A stretch of DNA of 64,000 nucleotides from a bacterium. Lineage in GTDB: Bacteria; Spirochaetota; Spirochaetia; Sphaerochaetales; Sphaerochaetaceae. Each line of letters opens with the position of its first letter. The stretch's first letter is position 1. The DNA is taken from the NCBI GenBank assembly GCA_963640795.1, contig CAVIAZ010000001.1:1282-65281 (forward strand), written 5' to 3'. The position numbers and the translations under genes are program-made. Below are positions 1-8,900 of the stretch, piece after piece. Under the pieces are notes generated by a model. It was not told where the DNA came from. It saw only the letters and a program-made list of their open reading frames with translations, and did no database searches.

Positions 1-126
1 TTCATCAGAGTAACTTTTCACAGCATCCTCTGTTTTGTACAGATATGATTCGTCAGTTTTCAGGTTCCTGATTATGCACACAGCCCTTATTTTATCCTGG
101 CGTAAAAACTCTTTCGGAATTGACAT
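1..126 (-). CDS. 5' end (42 codons) of an unidentified protein; the gene continues past the left edge of the window
   Basis: A reverse-strand ATG at 126-124 opens MSIPKEFLRQDKIRAVCIIRNLKTDESYLYKTEDAVKSYSDE with no stop before position 1. It is absent from the ORF track because it is truncated. No family recognised. Confidence 0.3.
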   Translation of the reverse strand, partial: MSIPKEFLRQDKIRAVCIIRNLKTDESYLYKTEDAVKSYSDE

Positions 127-259
127 GAAATGAAGTTTACTCCTTTTTTCTCCCGTGTGTACATATTAGATACATTGCCGTACAGCTTGTCTGTTTTTGC
201 GTAAAAACAATAATTGTTAATTATTTTTTACATTATCAGTCAGAAAACACCTGAAAATT

Positions 260-287
260 TTGATTTATTTTACTTTTCTTTTAATTT
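260..287 (+). promoter_or_regulatory. candidate sigma70-type promoter for the V-ATPase operon
   Basis: TTGATT (260-265), 16 nt spacer, TAATTT (282-287), about 35 nt upstream of the atpE ATG. The region is AT-rich, so alternatives exist. Confidence 0.2.
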
Positions 288-322
288 TCTTGATATTAAA
301 CTGTAAATTAGAGGTTTTTCTA

Positions 323-907
323 ATGGAACAGCAGATACAGGATTTAATTAATTCCATCAAAAAAGACGGCATAGAGAATGCTACTAATGAAAGCAAGAGG
401 ATAATTGAAGAGGCTCAGAAGAAAGCTGATGAAATCATCAACGCGGCGAAAGCTGAAAGGGACAAGCTTATCTCTGACGCAGAGAAGGAGATAGCAAGGG
501 AAAAAGCCAACTATACAGAATCATTGAAGATGGCTGCAAGGGATCTTTCACTTTCATTCAAGAAAGACACAGAGGCGAAGTTCCAGGCCATCCTTGACGA
601 GAAGGTTAAGGGAGCATTTGACGAGAGTCTTCTGAAGGAACTTATTGCTGCAGTTGTTAAGGCTGAATTTGATTCTGATGTGACGGTTGTTCTCCCCTCA
701 GACAGAAAAGAGGCTCTTTCATCATCTCTAGCAAAAGAACTTGGTAAGGAACTTGAAAGAGGTGTGGCAATCACATTCTCCAATTCCTTCAATGGCGGCT
801 TCAAGGTCATGGACAGGGATGGTAAGGCTTATATAGATCTCTCTGACGATGAAGTGACAAAACTTCTCTATCCTTATATCTCTGAGGCTGTTAGAGCCCT
901 TATCTAA
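323..907 (+). CDS. atpE: V/A-type ATP synthase subunit E
   Basis: Charged coiled-coil N-terminus (EEAQKKADEIINAAKAERDKLISDAEKEIAREK) and first position in a V-ATPase operon. The ATG at 323 is preceded by GAGG at 311-314. The TTG at 260 used by the ORF track adds an implausible hydrophobic extension. Confidence 0.8.
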   Translation: MEQQIQDLINSIKKDGIENATNESKRIIEEAQKKADEIINAAKAERDKLISDAEKEIAREKANYTESLKMAARDLSLSFKKDTEAKFQAILDEKVKGAFDESLLKELIAAVVKAEFDSDVTVVLPSDRKEALSSSLAKELGKELERGVAITFSNSFNGGFKVMDRDGKAYIDLSDDEVTKLLYPYISEAVRALI

Positions 908-912
908 GGAGA

Positions 913-1470
913 TTGGTGGTGGCTGAGTACATCTATTTCATTGTTTCACTTCCATATCTATCGCTTGACCGTGATGCTTCTCTTTCCTACGGAGAATTCA
1001 AGAAGCTTGCCAGGGAGCAATTGAGTGTGAAAGATTATCAGACTCTTTCCAAGGCAACCTTTGACCATGCGGGTGATAAGGACAGCAACCATATAATCAG
1101 GGACTGGGACAATTTCAACTACTGTCTTAATGAGTACCTTACCCAGGAGAGGGCAAAGAAACTCGGAAGAACAGGCGATGAGTACAGGGCAAGATGTGCC
1201 TATAACGAGAGGATTGAGCACAGGGCTTCTGAGATTGTTGCTTTGTCAGATCCTCTTGAGGCTGAGAAGGCCATTCTCGGCGAGTATTTCACCTTCCTTT
1301 CCAAGCATGAGGTCGAGTCCCAGTTTTCACTCGATGCTTTGATTATTTACGGACTTCTCCTGCAGATAAAGGAGAGAGTTGCCTCATTCTCTCCGGAAAA
1401 GGGAAGGGATGAGTTTGAGAGATTATACCAGAGCATAAGAAAAGATATTTCCTTAAGGAGTAACCTATGA
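913..1470 (+). CDS. small uncharacterised V-ATPase operon protein (DUF2764-like), sitting where subunit C/F genes would be expected
   Basis: 185-aa ORF packed tightly between atpE and atpA, with a 4-nt overlap with atpA. No canonical C or F subunit motifs seen. The start is ambiguous (TTG 913, GTG 916 or GTG 919) after AAGGAG at 906-911. Confidence 0.55.
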   Translation: MVVAEYIYFIVSLPYLSLDRDASLSYGEFKKLAREQLSVKDYQTLSKATFDHAGDKDSNHIIRDWDNFNYCLNEYLTQERAKKLGRTGDEYRARCAYNERIEHRASEIVALSDPLEAEKAILGEYFTFLSKHEVESQFSLDALIIYGLLLQIKERVASFSPEKGRDEFERLYQSIRKDISLRSNL

Positions 1471-3191
1471 GTAATAAAACAGGCCACGTTGTCGGAGTCA
1501 ACGGCAACCTGGTTAAAGTCTTATTTGACGATACAGTCATTAAGAACGAAATCGGCTTCATCCGTGTCGGGGATGAAAGCCTGAAGGGTGAGGTCATCCG
1601 TATTGTTGATTCTGTTGCCGATCTTCAGGTCTTTGAGGACACATCCGGTCTTAGTGTCGGTGACAGGGTTGAATTCTCCGGAGAGCTACTCTCTGTAGAA
1701 CTTGGCCCGGGACTTCTGACACAGGTTTATGACGGACTCCAGAACCCGCTTCCAGAACTCGCTGAGAAGTGTGGCTTCTTCCTCCAGAGGGGAGTTTATC
1801 TTGATCCTATCCCGAACAATGAGTGGGACTTCACCGTCACAGCTTCAAAGGGAGATATCCTCTATGCCGGTGACTCCTTCGGAACTGTAAAGGAACTCCT
1901 TTTTACGCATAAGATTATGGTGCCTTTCACACTTCAGGGTGAATGGAAGGTCACATCCATCGTGCCAAGTGGAAAATACAGGGCGAAAGACACGCTGTGC
2001 ACCATAGAGAACAGCAGAGGCGAGAAGAAAGAACTCAGCATGATTATCACACAGCCTGTCAAGGTTCCTATCAAGTGCTACAGCGAGAGGGTCAGACCCG
2101 ATGAGCCTATGGTGACTAAAATCAGGCTTATCGACACATTCCTTCCCGTTGCGAAGGGGGGTACATATTGTATCCCGGGACCGTTCGGTGCTGGTAAGAC
2201 AGTGTTGCAGCACCTCACAAGTAAGAATGCCGATGTTGATATAGTTATCATAGCAGCATGCGGTGAACGTGCAGGTGAAGTCGTCGAGACACTCAAGGAG
2301 TTTCCTGAGCTTATTGACCCGCGAACCGGCAGATCCCTCATGGAAAGGACAATCATCGTATGTAACACATCAAGTATGCCTGTTGCAGCCAGAGAGGCCA
2401 GTGTCTATACGGCAGTCACAATGGCTGAGTATTACAGGAACATGGGGCTCGACGTACTCTTGCTTGCAGACAGTACCTCACGTTGGGCACAGGCAATGAG
2501 AGAGATGAGCGGAAGACTTGAGGAAATCCCGGGAGACGAGGCTTTCCCTGCATATCTGGAAAGCAGAATTGCTGAATTCTATGAAAGGGCAGGAAAGGTA
2601 AGGCTTAAGGACGGTTCGTTCGGTTCCGTCACCATAGGTGGAACAGTTTCGCCTGCAGGAGGTAACTTCGAGGAACCTGTTACACAGGCTACCCTGAAGG
2701 TTGTCGGTGCATTCCACGGTCTGAGCAGGGAACGCAGTGATGCACGTAAGTACCCGGCAATCGACCCCCTCGAATCATGGTCGAAGTATGAGGGAATCAT
2801 CCCGAAAAAGGATGTGGCTTATGCATACTCATTTGTCAGAAGAGGAAATGAAGTAAACCAGATGATGAAGGTCGTAGGTGAGGAGGGTACAACCCTTGAC
2901 GACTACGTCATCTACCAGAAGGGTGAGTTCGTTGACTCATGTTATTATCAGCAGAATTCATTCGACCCTGTCGATGCAACTGTCTCAGTAGAAAGACAGA
3001 GACATGTGTTCGGTCTTCTTCTTGAAATATTGAGGTCTGACTTCGACCTCGAGGACAAAAAGGATGCACGTTCCTTCTTCAACAGCCTTAGACAGCGTTT
3101 CCTTGACTGGAACGGCAAGGCTGAGGATACAGCAGAGTACAAAGAGATGGAGAAGGAGATCAGGTCCTTCTTCTCTGCAAGGGTGAGGTAA
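1467..3191 (+). CDS. atpA: V/A-type ATP synthase catalytic subunit A
   Basis: 574 aa with Walker A GPFGAGKT, ...LLLADSTSRWAQAMREMS... and PAGGNFEEPVTQ motifs typical of V-type A subunits. Confidence 0.95.
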   Translation: MSNKTGHVVGVNGNLVKVLFDDTVIKNEIGFIRVGDESLKGEVIRIVDSVADLQVFEDTSGLSVGDRVEFSGELLSVELGPGLLTQVYDGLQNPLPELAEKCGFFLQRGVYLDPIPNNEWDFTVTASKGDILYAGDSFGTVKELLFTHKIMVPFTLQGEWKVTSIVPSGKYRAKDTLCTIENSRGEKKELSMIITQPVKVPIKCYSERVRPDEPMVTKIRLIDTFLPVAKGGTYCIPGPFGAGKTVLQHLTSKNADVDIVIIAACGERAGEVVETLKEFPELIDPRTGRSLMERTIIVCNTSSMPVAAREASVYTAVTMAEYYRNMGLDVLLLADSTSRWAQAMREMSGRLEEIPGDEAFPAYLESRIAEFYERAGKVRLKDGSFGSVTIGGTVSPAGGNFEEPVTQATLKVVGAFHGLSRERSDARKYPAIDPLESWSKYEGIIPKKDVAYAYSFVRRGNEVNQMMKVVGEEGTTLDDYVIYQKGEFVDSCYYQQNSFDPVDATVSVERQRHVFGLLLEILRSDFDLEDKKDARSFFNSLRQRFLDWNGKAEDTAEYKEMEKEIRSFFSARVR

Positions 3192-3194
3192 GAG

Positions 3195-4490
3195 ATGCAG
3201 AAGGTATATACAAAGATAGAATCCATTATCGGCAACGTCATTACTGTGAAGGCCGATGGAGTTAGAAGCGGGGACCTCGCAGAAGTCACCACAGAGAGAG
3301 GAAAGAGCTATGCCAATGTCATCAAACTTGACGGGGAGCTTGTCTCTCTCCAGGTATTCAGTGGTGCTTCCGGTATATCGACAGACGCATCTGTCAGATT
3401 CCTCGGTGTACCGATGAGGGTCTCTTTTTCCGATAATCTTCTCGGTCGTGTCTTCGATGGAGCCGGTAAGCCGAGGGATAACGGACCTGAACTTGATGAG
3501 AACATGGTTAAGATTGGAGGACCTTCAGTCAACCCGGCTAAGCGTATAATCCCGAGGAATATGATCCGTACCGGTATCCCGATGATAGACGTCTTCAATA
3601 CACTTGTCGAATCACAGAAGCTGCCTATCTTCTCAATTTCCGGCGAGCCTTACAATGAACTTCTTGCACGCATCGCAATGCAGTCTGAAGTCGATGTTAT
3701 CGTACTGGGTGGTATGGGACTTAAATATGATGACTATCTCTATTTCAAGGATACACTTGAAAAGAGCGGTGCCCTTTCAAGGACAGTAATGTTCGTACAT
3801 ACAGCATCCGACCCGACAGTCGAGTGTACTCTTGTTCCGGACCTCTCCCTTGCTGTTGCAGAGCAGTTCGCACTCCAGGGAAAGAAGGTTCTTGTACTTC
3901 TTACCGATATGACAAACTTTGCAGATGCCCTTAAGGAAATGGCAATCACAATGGACCAGGTTCCTTCCAACCGTGGTTACCCGGGAGATCTCTACTCTCA
4001 GCTTGCTTCCCGCTATGAGAAGGCTGTCGACTTTGAAGGGGCAGGGTCAGTCACTATCCTTGGTGTAACAACCATGCCGGGAGATGATGTCACACACCCG
4101 ATTCCTGACAATACCGGGTACATAACCGAAGGGCAGTATTATCTGAAAGGCGGAAGAATCGAGCCGTTTGGATCGCTTTCACGTCTCAAGCAGAATGTCA
4201 ACAACCGCACCAGGGATGACCATCGTGCATTAATGGACGGAATGATTAAGCTCTATTCCGCTTACAAGGATTCCCTTGAGAAGAAGAGTATGGGCTTTAT
4301 GATGAGTGACTGGGATGAGAAACTTCTGAAGTATGGTGCTCTTTTCGAGAGTAAACTTATGGATCTCTCTGTGAATATCCCTCTCGAGGAGGCTCTCGAC
4401 ACGGGATGGAAGATTCTTGCCGAGTGTTTCGAGAAGGAGGAGACACTCCTGAAGTCCGACCTTATCAACAAATACTGGCCGAAGAATTAA
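3195..4490 (+). CDS. atpB: V/A-type ATP synthase subunit B
   Basis: 431 aa with [18 protein letters not shown] and [18 protein letters not shown] motifs; lies next to the A subunit. Confidence 0.95.
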   Translation: MQKVYTKIESIIGNVITVKADGVRSGDLAEVTTERGKSYANVIKLDGELVSLQVFSGASGISTDASVRFLGVPMRVSFSDNLLGRVFDGAGKPRDNGPELDENMVKIGGPSVNPAKRIIPRNMIRTGIPMIDVFNTLVESQKLPIFSISGEPYNELLARIAMQSEVDVIVLGGMGLKYDDYLYFKDTLEKSGALSRTVMFVHTASDPTVECTLVPDLSLAVAEQFALQGKKVLVLLTDMTNFADALKEMAITMDQVPSNRGYPGDLYSQLASRYEKAVDFEGAGSVTILGVTTMPGDDVTHPIPDNTGYITEGQYYLKGGRIEPFGSLSRLKQNVNNRTRDDHRALMDGMIKLYSAYKDSLEKKSMGFMMSDWDEKLLKYGALFESKLMDLSVNIPLEEALDTGWKILAECFEKEETLLKSDLINKYWPKN

Positions 4491-4499
4491 GGGTTTATA

Positions 4500-5114
4500 A
4501 TGGCTAAGATAAAACTGACAAAGAATGAGCAGAAGAAACAGAAAGACTCCCTCAAGCAGTTTTCCCGTTATCTTCCGACCCTCCAGCTCAAGAAGCAGCA
4601 GCTCCAGGTTGTCATAAGACAGAGTGAGAAGGAGATTGAGGAGATAAGACGTGAGCAGAAGGAGCATGTTGCTTCCATAGACGGCTGGATAGCTGTGTAT
4701 GGCGGAAACACCGAGTTTGATTCTTCCCGTTCTATTGGTAATCTTATTTCTATCAGGGAGATTAACATTACTAAGGGTAATGTTGCCGGGGTTGTTGTTC
4801 CAGTCTTCAATTCTCTGGAGTTCAATGAGATTTCATATGATCTCAGGGAATATCCACTTTGGGTTGATACGGCACTTACAACTCTCAGGGATGTAGCTAA
4901 ATATGATGCAATCATCTCTGTCCTTGAAGAGAGAATAAGGGTCCTTAACAAGGAACTCAGGACAACTACACAGAGAGTCAATCTCTTTGAAAAGGTCAAG
5001 ATTCCAGAAGCTAAGGAGAATATAAGAGTAATCGGCATTTACCTCCAGGATCAGCAGACAAGTGCTGTCGTCAGGGGTAAGATTGCCAAGAAGAAAATGG
5101 TGAGGGTTAGCTGA
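4500..5114 (+). CDS. atpD: V/A-type ATP synthase subunit D
   Basis: 204 aa; N-terminus MAKIKLTKNEQKKQKDSLKQFSRYLPTLQLKKQQL is typical of the V-type D central stalk, and the operon position fits. Confidence 0.85.
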   Translation: MAKIKLTKNEQKKQKDSLKQFSRYLPTLQLKKQQLQVVIRQSEKEIEEIRREQKEHVASIDGWIAVYGGNTEFDSSRSIGNLISIREINITKGNVAGVVVPVFNSLEFNEISYDLREYPLWVDTALTTLRDVAKYDAIISVLEERIRVLNKELRTTTQRVNLFEKVKIPEAKENIRVIGIYLQDQQTSAVVRGKIAKKKMVRVS

Positions 5115-5115
5115 A

Positions 5116-6981
5116 ATGATTACACCAATGAAAAAAGTCACGATTCTCGCCAGCACAGTTCATAAGTGCGAAGTTGTCACTGCTTTGAGGAAGTTCGGTC
5201 TTGTGCATGTTGAAGATGTAGTTTCAAAGACATCCTCTGCTGTGAAACTCGAGGGTGATAACCAGCGTTATTCGAAGCTTGTCTCATTCCTTGACGGGTA
5301 CAGGGACAAGAAGAATGGGGAATCTGAGGATTCGCTTTCAGATGAGAGACTTGATGCTCTTTCACTTTCGCTTATGTCCTTGATTGATGAGGAGAGCAGA
5401 CTCAATGAAAAGAACAGGGCGCTTTCTTCTGAAATCGAGAGGGTGAAGAACCTCGGAGATTTTGATCCCCAGGAAATCATGAACCTTTCACTTGAGGGGT
5501 ATGGAATCTCGCTCTACTATGTCGGAAAGAAAGAGAAGGAGAAATTGAGGGAAGATGAGAATGTTGTGTTTGTCTCTATAAAGACAGAAAACGGCACTCC
5601 ATGTATTGCTCTCATTAATTCTTCCATTCCTCACGGCATTGCGGCAACACGGATAGTGATGCCGGAAAAATCGCTCTCTCAGCTTGAGAATGAATTCTTC
5701 ATCAACAAGAAGAGAATAGAGGAGATTGAAGGAGTCTACAGAGATTCTGTGAGATACACCGGAGCATATAAGGACCTTATTGCACGCAATGAGGAGGAGA
5801 TTTTCTTCCGCCGTGTAAGTGCAACTGTGCAGGATGCTGACAGTGTCTCGTATATCTCGGGCTTTATCCCGGCAGAGGATGAGGGAAAATTCAAATCGTT
5901 TGCTTCCGATAATCACCTGGGGTATCTTATTGATGACCCGTCAGAAGATGAGAATCCTCCGACTCTCCTTAAGCACAAGGGATTCATAAGGTTTGTCCAG
6001 CCGCTCTATGACGCACTCGGACTCGTTCCCGGATACAGGGAGAAGGATATTTCACTTTATTTCCTCCTTTTCATGGCACTCTTCTTTGCTATGATTCTCG
6101 GTGACGCGGGGTATGGATTACTGCTCCTCATAGGCGGAATTGCACTTAACATCAAGAGCAAAAAGTGCTCTGACATGAATGCACTTCTTTACATCTTCAG
6201 CGGAGCAACAATAGTCTGGGGAGCGCTGACGGGCACATGGTTTGGCTCTGAGCTTATTCTTGAGAAGATATCCTTCCTCAAGCTCTTTGTCATACCGGGA
6301 CTTACGAACTTCCCGGAACTCTTCAATATGGATGCAAATCTTGTCCAGAACAATGTGATGAGTTTTTGCTTCTCAATTGGTGCTATACATCTCTCTCTTG
6401 CACGTGTGCTCTGCATTTATGACAAGATAAAGAGTAAGGATATTTCCCTCCTCTCCGATTTCGGGTGGCTGATGAACACGATACTTTTGTATCTTCTGTC
6501 ACTCTATCTTGTTGTGGATGCATCTGTCCCGCTCCAGAAGATTGCAATCGGGGTTGTCTCAGGCTTTGTGCTTGTCTGTCTCTTTGCTTCCTGCGAGCCG
6601 GGTAAGCCTCTGGGACAGGGAATCAAGGAATCTCTCGGTTCCTTCTTTACCAACTTCCTCGATACTATCTCATGTTTTTCAAACGTAATGAGTTACATAA
6701 GACTTTTTGCGGTAGGACTTGCTTCTCTTGCCATTGCACAGTCATTCAACGGTATGGCTGAAGGTATGATGAGCGGTTTCACGATTCCTCTTGGAATCCT
6801 GATTCTTGTCCTGGGACATGGGGTGAACCTTGTAATGGGATTTTTGTCTGTCATCGTCCACGGCGTTAGACTTAATATCATGGAATTCTCCGGGCAGGTA
6901 GGTGTCGAATGGTCCGGATACAAATATGAACCCTTTTCATTGAAGGGAAATAACAAAAAAGAAGAAACTCAAAGGAGTTAA
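5116..6981 (+). CDS. atpI: V/A-type ATP synthase subunit I (a-subunit, membrane stator)
   Basis: 621 aa with a soluble coiled N-terminal half and a polytopic C-terminal half. Contains a conserved MSYIRLFAVGLA-type arginine helix. Confidence 0.9.
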   Translation: MITPMKKVTILASTVHKCEVVTALRKFGLVHVEDVVSKTSSAVKLEGDNQRYSKLVSFLDGYRDKKNGESEDSLSDERLDALSLSLMSLIDEESRLNEKNRALSSEIERVKNLGDFDPQEIMNLSLEGYGISLYYVGKKEKEKLREDENVVFVSIKTENGTPCIALINSSIPHGIAATRIVMPEKSLSQLENEFFINKKRIEEIEGVYRDSVRYTGAYKDLIARNEEEIFFRRVSATVQDADSVSYISGFIPAEDEGKFKSFASDNHLGYLIDDPSEDENPPTLLKHKGFIRFVQPLYDALGLVPGYREKDISLYFLLFMALFFAMILGDAGYGLLLLIGGIALNIKSKKCSDMNALLYIFSGATIVWGALTGTWFGSELILEKISFLKLFVIPGLTNFPELFNMDANLVQNNVMSFCFSIGAIHLSLARVLCIYDKIKSKDISLLSDFGWLMNTILLYLLSLYLVVDASVPLQKIAIGVVSGFVLVCLFASCEPGKPLGQGIKESLGSFFTNFLDTISCFSNVMSYIRLFAVGLASLAIAQSFNGMAEGMMSGFTIPLGILILVLGHGVNLVMGFLSVIVHGVRLNIMEFSGQVGVEWSGYKYEPFSLKGNNKKEETQRS

Positions 6982-6984
6982 AAA

Positions 6985-7437
6985 ATGGATTACAGTTTCT
7001 TGATTTACATTGGTATGGCATGTGCTCTCTGCTTCAGTGCAGTGGGTTCTGGATTCGGTGCGGTAAAAGCTTCCCTGGCTGCAGTCGGCGGATGGAAGAA
7101 GTGTTACATTAATGGAAAGCAGGATCCGTTCATCATGGTCGGTTTTGCAGGTGCGCCTCTCACACAGACCATCTATGGCTTCCTATTGAGCAACTTCATT
7201 GCAGCAAAACTTGCTACCCCGACATTTGCTTACGGGCTTATGAGCCTCTTCATCGGAGCTTTCGCAGGTGCTGTCATTGGTATCTCAGCTCTCTTCCAGG
7301 GCAAGGTTGCCGCTGCTTCAGCTGATGCTCTTGCAGAGACAGGAAAGGGTACTGCAAAGTACTTCATTGTTATCGGTATCATCGAGACAGTCGCTCTCTT
7401 TACACTTGTGTTCAGTCTGCTTGTTCTCAATAACTGA
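6985..7437 (+). CDS. atpK: V/A-type ATP synthase subunit K (proteolipid c-ring)
   Basis: 150 aa, four predicted TM helices rich in Gly/Ala, with an IIETVALF glutamate helix; last gene of the operon. Confidence 0.9.
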   Translation: MDYSFLIYIGMACALCFSAVGSGFGAVKASLAAVGGWKKCYINGKQDPFIMVGFAGAPLTQTIYGFLLSNFIAAKLATPTFAYGLMSLFIGAFAGAVIGISALFQGKVAAASADALAETGKGTAKYFIVIGIIETVALFTLVFSLLVLNN

Positions 7438-7458
7438 TAAAGTCTGATTAAAATGTGG

Positions 7459-7481
7459 CACCCGGTTTTCCGGGTGTTTTT
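7459..7481 (+). terminator. rho-independent terminator of the V-ATPase operon
   Basis: Perfect 7-bp stem CACCCGG / CCGGGTG with a TTTT loop, followed by TTTTT. Confidence 0.8.
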
Positions 7482-7504
7482 GTTATGTATTTGGGACAGG
7501 ATAA

Positions 7505-7533
7505 TTGGAAAAAGGAAGCTATTCTGCTAGACT
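7505..7533 (+). promoter_or_regulatory. candidate sigma70 promoter with extended -10
   Basis: TTGGAA (7505-7510), 17 nt spacer ending in TGC, then TAGACT (7528-7533). Lies in the gap between the atpK terminator and the next ORF. Confidence 0.4.
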
Positions 7534-7539
7534 CATTCC

Positions 7540-7854
7540 ATGCTGAAAGACAGAACAGATAACCTCAGTAAATACATTGTGCTGGATGAATCATTGTCAT
7601 CCTTTTCCCCTGCTAAGGCAAAAGAGATTGTGTCATTCTCAGATTTTGTTGTAGACAAAGAACATAGTGTACTTTTCTTTGTAGATTGCGGAGAGGGAAG
7701 TTTTGCAACAAGCTGGCGGGAGAACGAACTCAACAGGGAAGTTCTTGCCGTCATGAGAGCCGGAAAAGGTGAGTTTGTCCTCTATCTTCCAGGTGAGCCT
7801 TTTTTGGTGAAGTGTGATGAAAATGCTTCTGTCAGATATTGGAGTCTCGGCTGA
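7540..7854 (+). CDS. hypothetical 104-aa protein, translationally coupled to ispG
   Basis: ORF with codon usage like its neighbours. Its TGA (7852-7854) overlaps the ispG ATG (7854-7856). No Shine-Dalgarno sequence, and the ATG lies only 6 nt after the putative -10. No family recognised. Confidence 0.45.
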   Translation: MLKDRTDNLSKYIVLDESLSSFSPAKAKEIVSFSDFVVDKEHSVLFFVDCGEGSFATSWRENELNREVLAVMRAGKGEFVLYLPGEPFLVKCDENASVRYWSLG

Positions 7855-8900
7855 TGTTTTCCGGTAAAAGTGCATTTGTAAGAGGATTGGAAATCGGGGG
7901 GAAGGCACCTGTCAGAGTGCAGACAATGTACGATGATGTGATTAAAGGTGTGAACCCTGAAATGGTTGTTGACAAGATTTACAAACTCTCCTCAATGGGG
8001 TGTGATCTCATAAGATTCAGCTATGTTTCTTCCCTGGACAGGGAGAATTTCAAATATATAACCTCTCATTCACCGATTCCTGTGGTTGCAGATATACACT
8101 TTGATTACAAAATGGCCCTGGAGGCACTGGAATGCGGTGCTGACAAGATAAGGATCAATCCGGGAAATATCGGGGAGAAGTGGAAGACAAGGGAAGTGGT
8201 GAGGAGAGCTGCGGACCTTGGAAAGGCAATCAGAATAGGACTCAACACGGGGTCTCTCCCGAGAAATACCCTTAGTAAGGACGAAGTGAAACTCATGGTC
8301 GATACTGCGCTTGAGTATATTTCAGACTTCGAGGCATGGGGATTTGAAAATACTGTTGTCTCTCTCAAGAGCAGTGACACAGATAAGACTATGGAGGCAA
8401 GCAGGCTTTTTGCATCCCTCTCAGACTATCCTCTGCATATAGGGGTGACGGAGGCCGGGAATGCCATCACGTCATCAGTCAGATCAACATGGGCATTGGG
8501 TAATCTCCTTAGCTCCGGCATCGGAGACACGCTCCGTGTGTCAATTAACGGAAGTATCACAGATGAGGTGCTTGCTGCGAATGAGATTCTCCGTGCTGTA
8601 GGATTGAAGAAGGGGGGAGTGAGACTTGTGGCCTGTCCCAGGTGCGGAAGACATACATTCGACTCCATCTCCTTTGTGGAAAGAATTGAGCAGAGACTTC
8701 TCTCCCTTGATAGAGATATTACAGTTGCAATAATGGGATGCTCAGTAAACGGTCCCGGGGAAGCACATAGTGCCGACTATGCTGTTACAGGTAACGGCAG
8801 GAAGATCTTCATCTACAGGAAAGGCGAACTCTGTCGTACACTGGATGACCCGTCCCTGGCTGAGGATGTACTCTTTGAGGTGATTGAAAATGGCAGATAA
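7854..8900 (+). CDS. ispG: 4-hydroxy-3-methylbut-2-enyl diphosphate synthase (IspG/GcpE)
   Basis: Motifs IGGKAPVRVQTM, IRINPGNIG and CPRCGR...GCSVNGPGE (Fe-S cysteines). The ORF track starts at TTG 7839; the ATG at 7854 in a TGATG overlap is the more likely start. Confidence 0.9.
   Translation: MFSGKSAFVRGLEIGGKAPVRVQTMYDDVIKGVNPEMVVDKIYKLSSMGCDLIRFSYVSSLDRENFKYITSHSPIPVVADIHFDYKMALEALECGADKIRINPGNIGEKWKTREVVRRAADLGKAIRIGLNTGSLPRNTLSKDEVKLMVDTALEYISDFEAWGFENTVVSLKSSDTDKTMEASRLFASLSDYPLHIGVTEAGNAITSSVRSTWALGNLLSSGIGDTLRVSINGSITDEVLAANEILRAVGLKKGGVRLVACPRCGRHTFDSISFVERIEQRLLSLDRDITVAIMGCSVNGPGEAHSADYAVTGNGRKIFIYRKGELCRTLDDPSLAEDVLFEVIENGR

Noticed and set aside
260-322. Hydrophobic 21-aa extension of atpE from TTG 260
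   Set aside because: Subunit E is a soluble stalk protein. The ATG at 323 has a properly spaced GAGG, and the upstream part looks like promoter or UTR sequence.
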